Shown here: piece after piece, positions 37,964 to 39,586 of the stretch
How positions within the stretch are numbered: the stretch's first letter is position 1
How the letters are laid out: every line of letters starts with the position of its first letter
DNA from: Candidatus Zixiibacteriota bacterium
GTDB lineage: Bacteria; Zixibacteria; MSB-5A5; GN15; FEB-12
DNA length: 39,586 bases
Reading direction: 5' to 3'
Assembly: GCA_041742355.1 (NCBI GenBank)
Contig: JBGSIV010000196.1
Location: 1 to 39,586, forward strand
The notes under the pieces: generated by a model
The model's input: only the letters and a program-made list of their open reading frames with translations
Told to the model about the DNA's origin: nothing
The model's database searches: none
Position numbers and translations under genes: made by a program

Positions 37964-37991
37964 AATATACCATAACCGGGGTCGAAGTCAA
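37964..37991 (-). promoter_or_regulatory. Sigma-70-type promoter for the uORF-secD-secF operon
   Basis: TTGACT-N16-TATATT with a TG extension; the uORF ATG is only 10 nt downstream of the -10. Confidence 0.65.
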
Positions 37992-38108
37992 CGCCATTTT
38001 TCCCTGCCCCGACAGGCCGTTGACACCTGCCGGAAACCGACTTACCTTAGTATCGGTAACTACTTGGCTTGGCCTAACCGCCCCCGAGGCGACAAAAGGA
38101 AGACCGCA

Positions 38109-39586
38109 ATGCGTCGAACTACTCTCGGAGCAACTTTCGGAACTGCAATACTTTGCAGCTTCCTGTCCATACTCTGCCCAGCCGGCAGCGCCGGTGCTGC
38201 CGAAACCTACGTGCTGGAGAACGGGATGACCGTGATTCTCAAGGAGCAGCACGGCTCGCCGATGGTTTCCAGCATTGTCTTTGTACGCTCAGGAAGCAAA
38301 TATGAGTCCCGTTACGAGAATGGTATTACCCATTTCCTCGAGCACCTGCTTTTCGATGGTACCGCGACGTTGACTCGGGAGGAGCTCGATGCCTCCATCC
38401 GTGACCTCGGCGGCTACATCAATGCGTTCACGCGCAAAGAGCTGACGGCCTACCTCGTTCTCCTGCCAAAGCAGTACATCGACTATGGCATGACGGTGCA
38501 AACGGATATGCTCTTCAATTCGGTTTTTCCCGAGCAGGAGCTGGCCAAAGAGCGCAAGGTGGTTATCGAGGAGATGAAGCGGGATGCCGATGCCGCCGGC
38601 GCTGCGGCCGACGAATTCTTCACCAGCCGCGCCTACGCCGAAACCGGCTACGAACGTCCCGTCCTCGGTTACCAGGCCTTTATCGAGAATATCCCGCGCG
38701 AGGCGATCATCGACTACTGGCGCCGCTTCTACATTCCCCGGAATATGACCCTGCTGGTTATCGGCGATTTTGAATCGGAAGCAATGAAGAAGACTGTCGC
38801 CGGCATATTTGGCCCGCTCAAGAATCCGGATCTCCCGATCGACCACTCGGGCGCGACCACTGTCCCGCCGGAGAGCGTGAAAGATGTGTCGTCGCCCGTC
38901 GTGTCTCCCTCAACGCAGGAGCGCCACGACACGGTCGCTAATGTCACCTCGACTTACGTTAACTTCTCCGTTGCCGCCCCGCACTACGCGCAGGACGACT
39001 ACTACGCTATGGATATCCTCGCGCAGTACCTCGGTACCGACGGCGTCTCGCCTCTCCTGACCGCTCTCAAGGGTGGCGCCGAGCCGCTCGCGACCGAGGT
39101 ATCGGTCGGTCTCACGCCGTACGAAGAGTTCTCGCGCCTTGAAATTTCCGTTGTCACCGAGCAGGCCGAGAACCGCGACGCCATCATCTCCACTGTCATG
39201 GACCAGTTGGGTGCGATGGCTGCACACAACCCGAACCCGCGGTCGATCGAGGGCATAAAGACGGGTGTCCGCACCAACGACATCTACAACGAGGCGAAAC
39301 TCCATTACTACGGTTTCATGATTTCCCCTTACATTATGTCCGCGGGCTGGGACTTTGTGCAGACGTACGCCGACCGTATCGCCGCCACTACGTGGACCGA
39401 TTGCGTTGCCGCCGCAGGGAAGTGGCTGACCGATCCCCGGTACATCGCCACAGTCGTGCGACCGGTGGGGGAGAGCGGTCTACCGCCGTATGTGCCCACC
39501 GGCATGTTGGCCGAGGAGGTTCAGGCTCATTTTGCTGCCGCTTCATTCCCGGTGTACGACCTTGCCGCGGTGCCCAAAGTCGCCTA
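38109..39586 (+). CDS. Exported M16 family (pitrilysin-like) zinc peptidase; 3' end runs off the window
   Basis: Not in the ORF track; manual translation MRRTTLGATFGTAILC...AETYVLENGMTVIL...RSGSKYE..ENGITHFLEHLLFDGT (HxxEH), INAFT, ERKVVIEE; AAAGGAAG RBS. Confidence 0.92.
   Translation, partial: MRRTTLGATFGTAILCSFLSILCPAGSAGAAETYVLENGMTVILKEQHGSPMVSSIVFVRSGSKYESRYENGITHFLEHLLFDGTATLTREELDASIRDLGGYINAFTRKELTAYLVLLPKQYIDYGMTVQTDMLFNSVFPEQELAKERKVVIEEMKRDADAAGAAADEFFTSRAYAETGYERPVLGYQAFIENIPREAIIDYWRRFYIPRNMTLLVIGDFESEAMKKTVAGIFGPLKNPDLPIDHSGATTVPPESVKDVSSPVVSPSTQERHDTVANVTSTYVNFSVAAPHYAQDDYYAMDILAQYLGTDGVSPLLTALKGGAEPLATEVSVGLTPYEEFSRLEISVVTEQAENRDAIISTVMDQLGAMAAHNPNPRSIEGIKTGVRTNDIYNEAKLHYYGFMISPYIMSAGWDFVQTYADRIAATTWTDCVAAAGKWLTDPRYIATVVRPVGESGLPPYVPTGMLAEEVQAHFAAASFPVYDLAAVPKVA

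Overview
A GC-rich bacterial chromosome segment of mostly housekeeping, envelope and regulatory genes. Tat, porin-like and DUF4175/DUF2723 genes suggest a diderm; the lineage cannot be fixed from this window. Left to right: rpsF (partial), pth, a lower-GC HEPN-like gene, an ABC1/UbiB-type kinase, pirin, a HisKA_3/NarL two-component pair upstream of amtB and a TorF-like porin, an OmpR-type two-component pair, Tat-signal TldD with PmbA, CopA, an ECF sigma factor, an M23 peptidase, an SDR, DUF2254, a KamA-like radical SAM enzyme, HTH-DUF2087, DUF2723, a DUF4159-DUF4175-TPR cluster, a hemerythrin-domain protein, two hypotheticals, secF, secD, a 144-aa ORF upstream of secDF, and an M16 peptidase (partial). 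No tRNA, rRNA, CRISPR array or transposase was recognised. The most promising observation is the 144-aa ORF occupying the yajC position in front of secDF. It has the architecture of a secretion-monitoring ribosome-arrest peptide (VemP/ApdP/SecM/MifM-like): a promoter, an N-terminal hydrophobic segment and an anti-SD sequence for secD, but a C-terminus (FTLVGAKPSGLG) without the RAPP/RAGP-type motifs. Other leads: a glnK-less amtB module with a palindromic operator, a Tat-exported TldD/PmbA pair, a structured leader before the KamA-like gene, a candidate sRNA, and two perfect DnaA boxes. All family assignments are from motif recognition by eye, not database searches.
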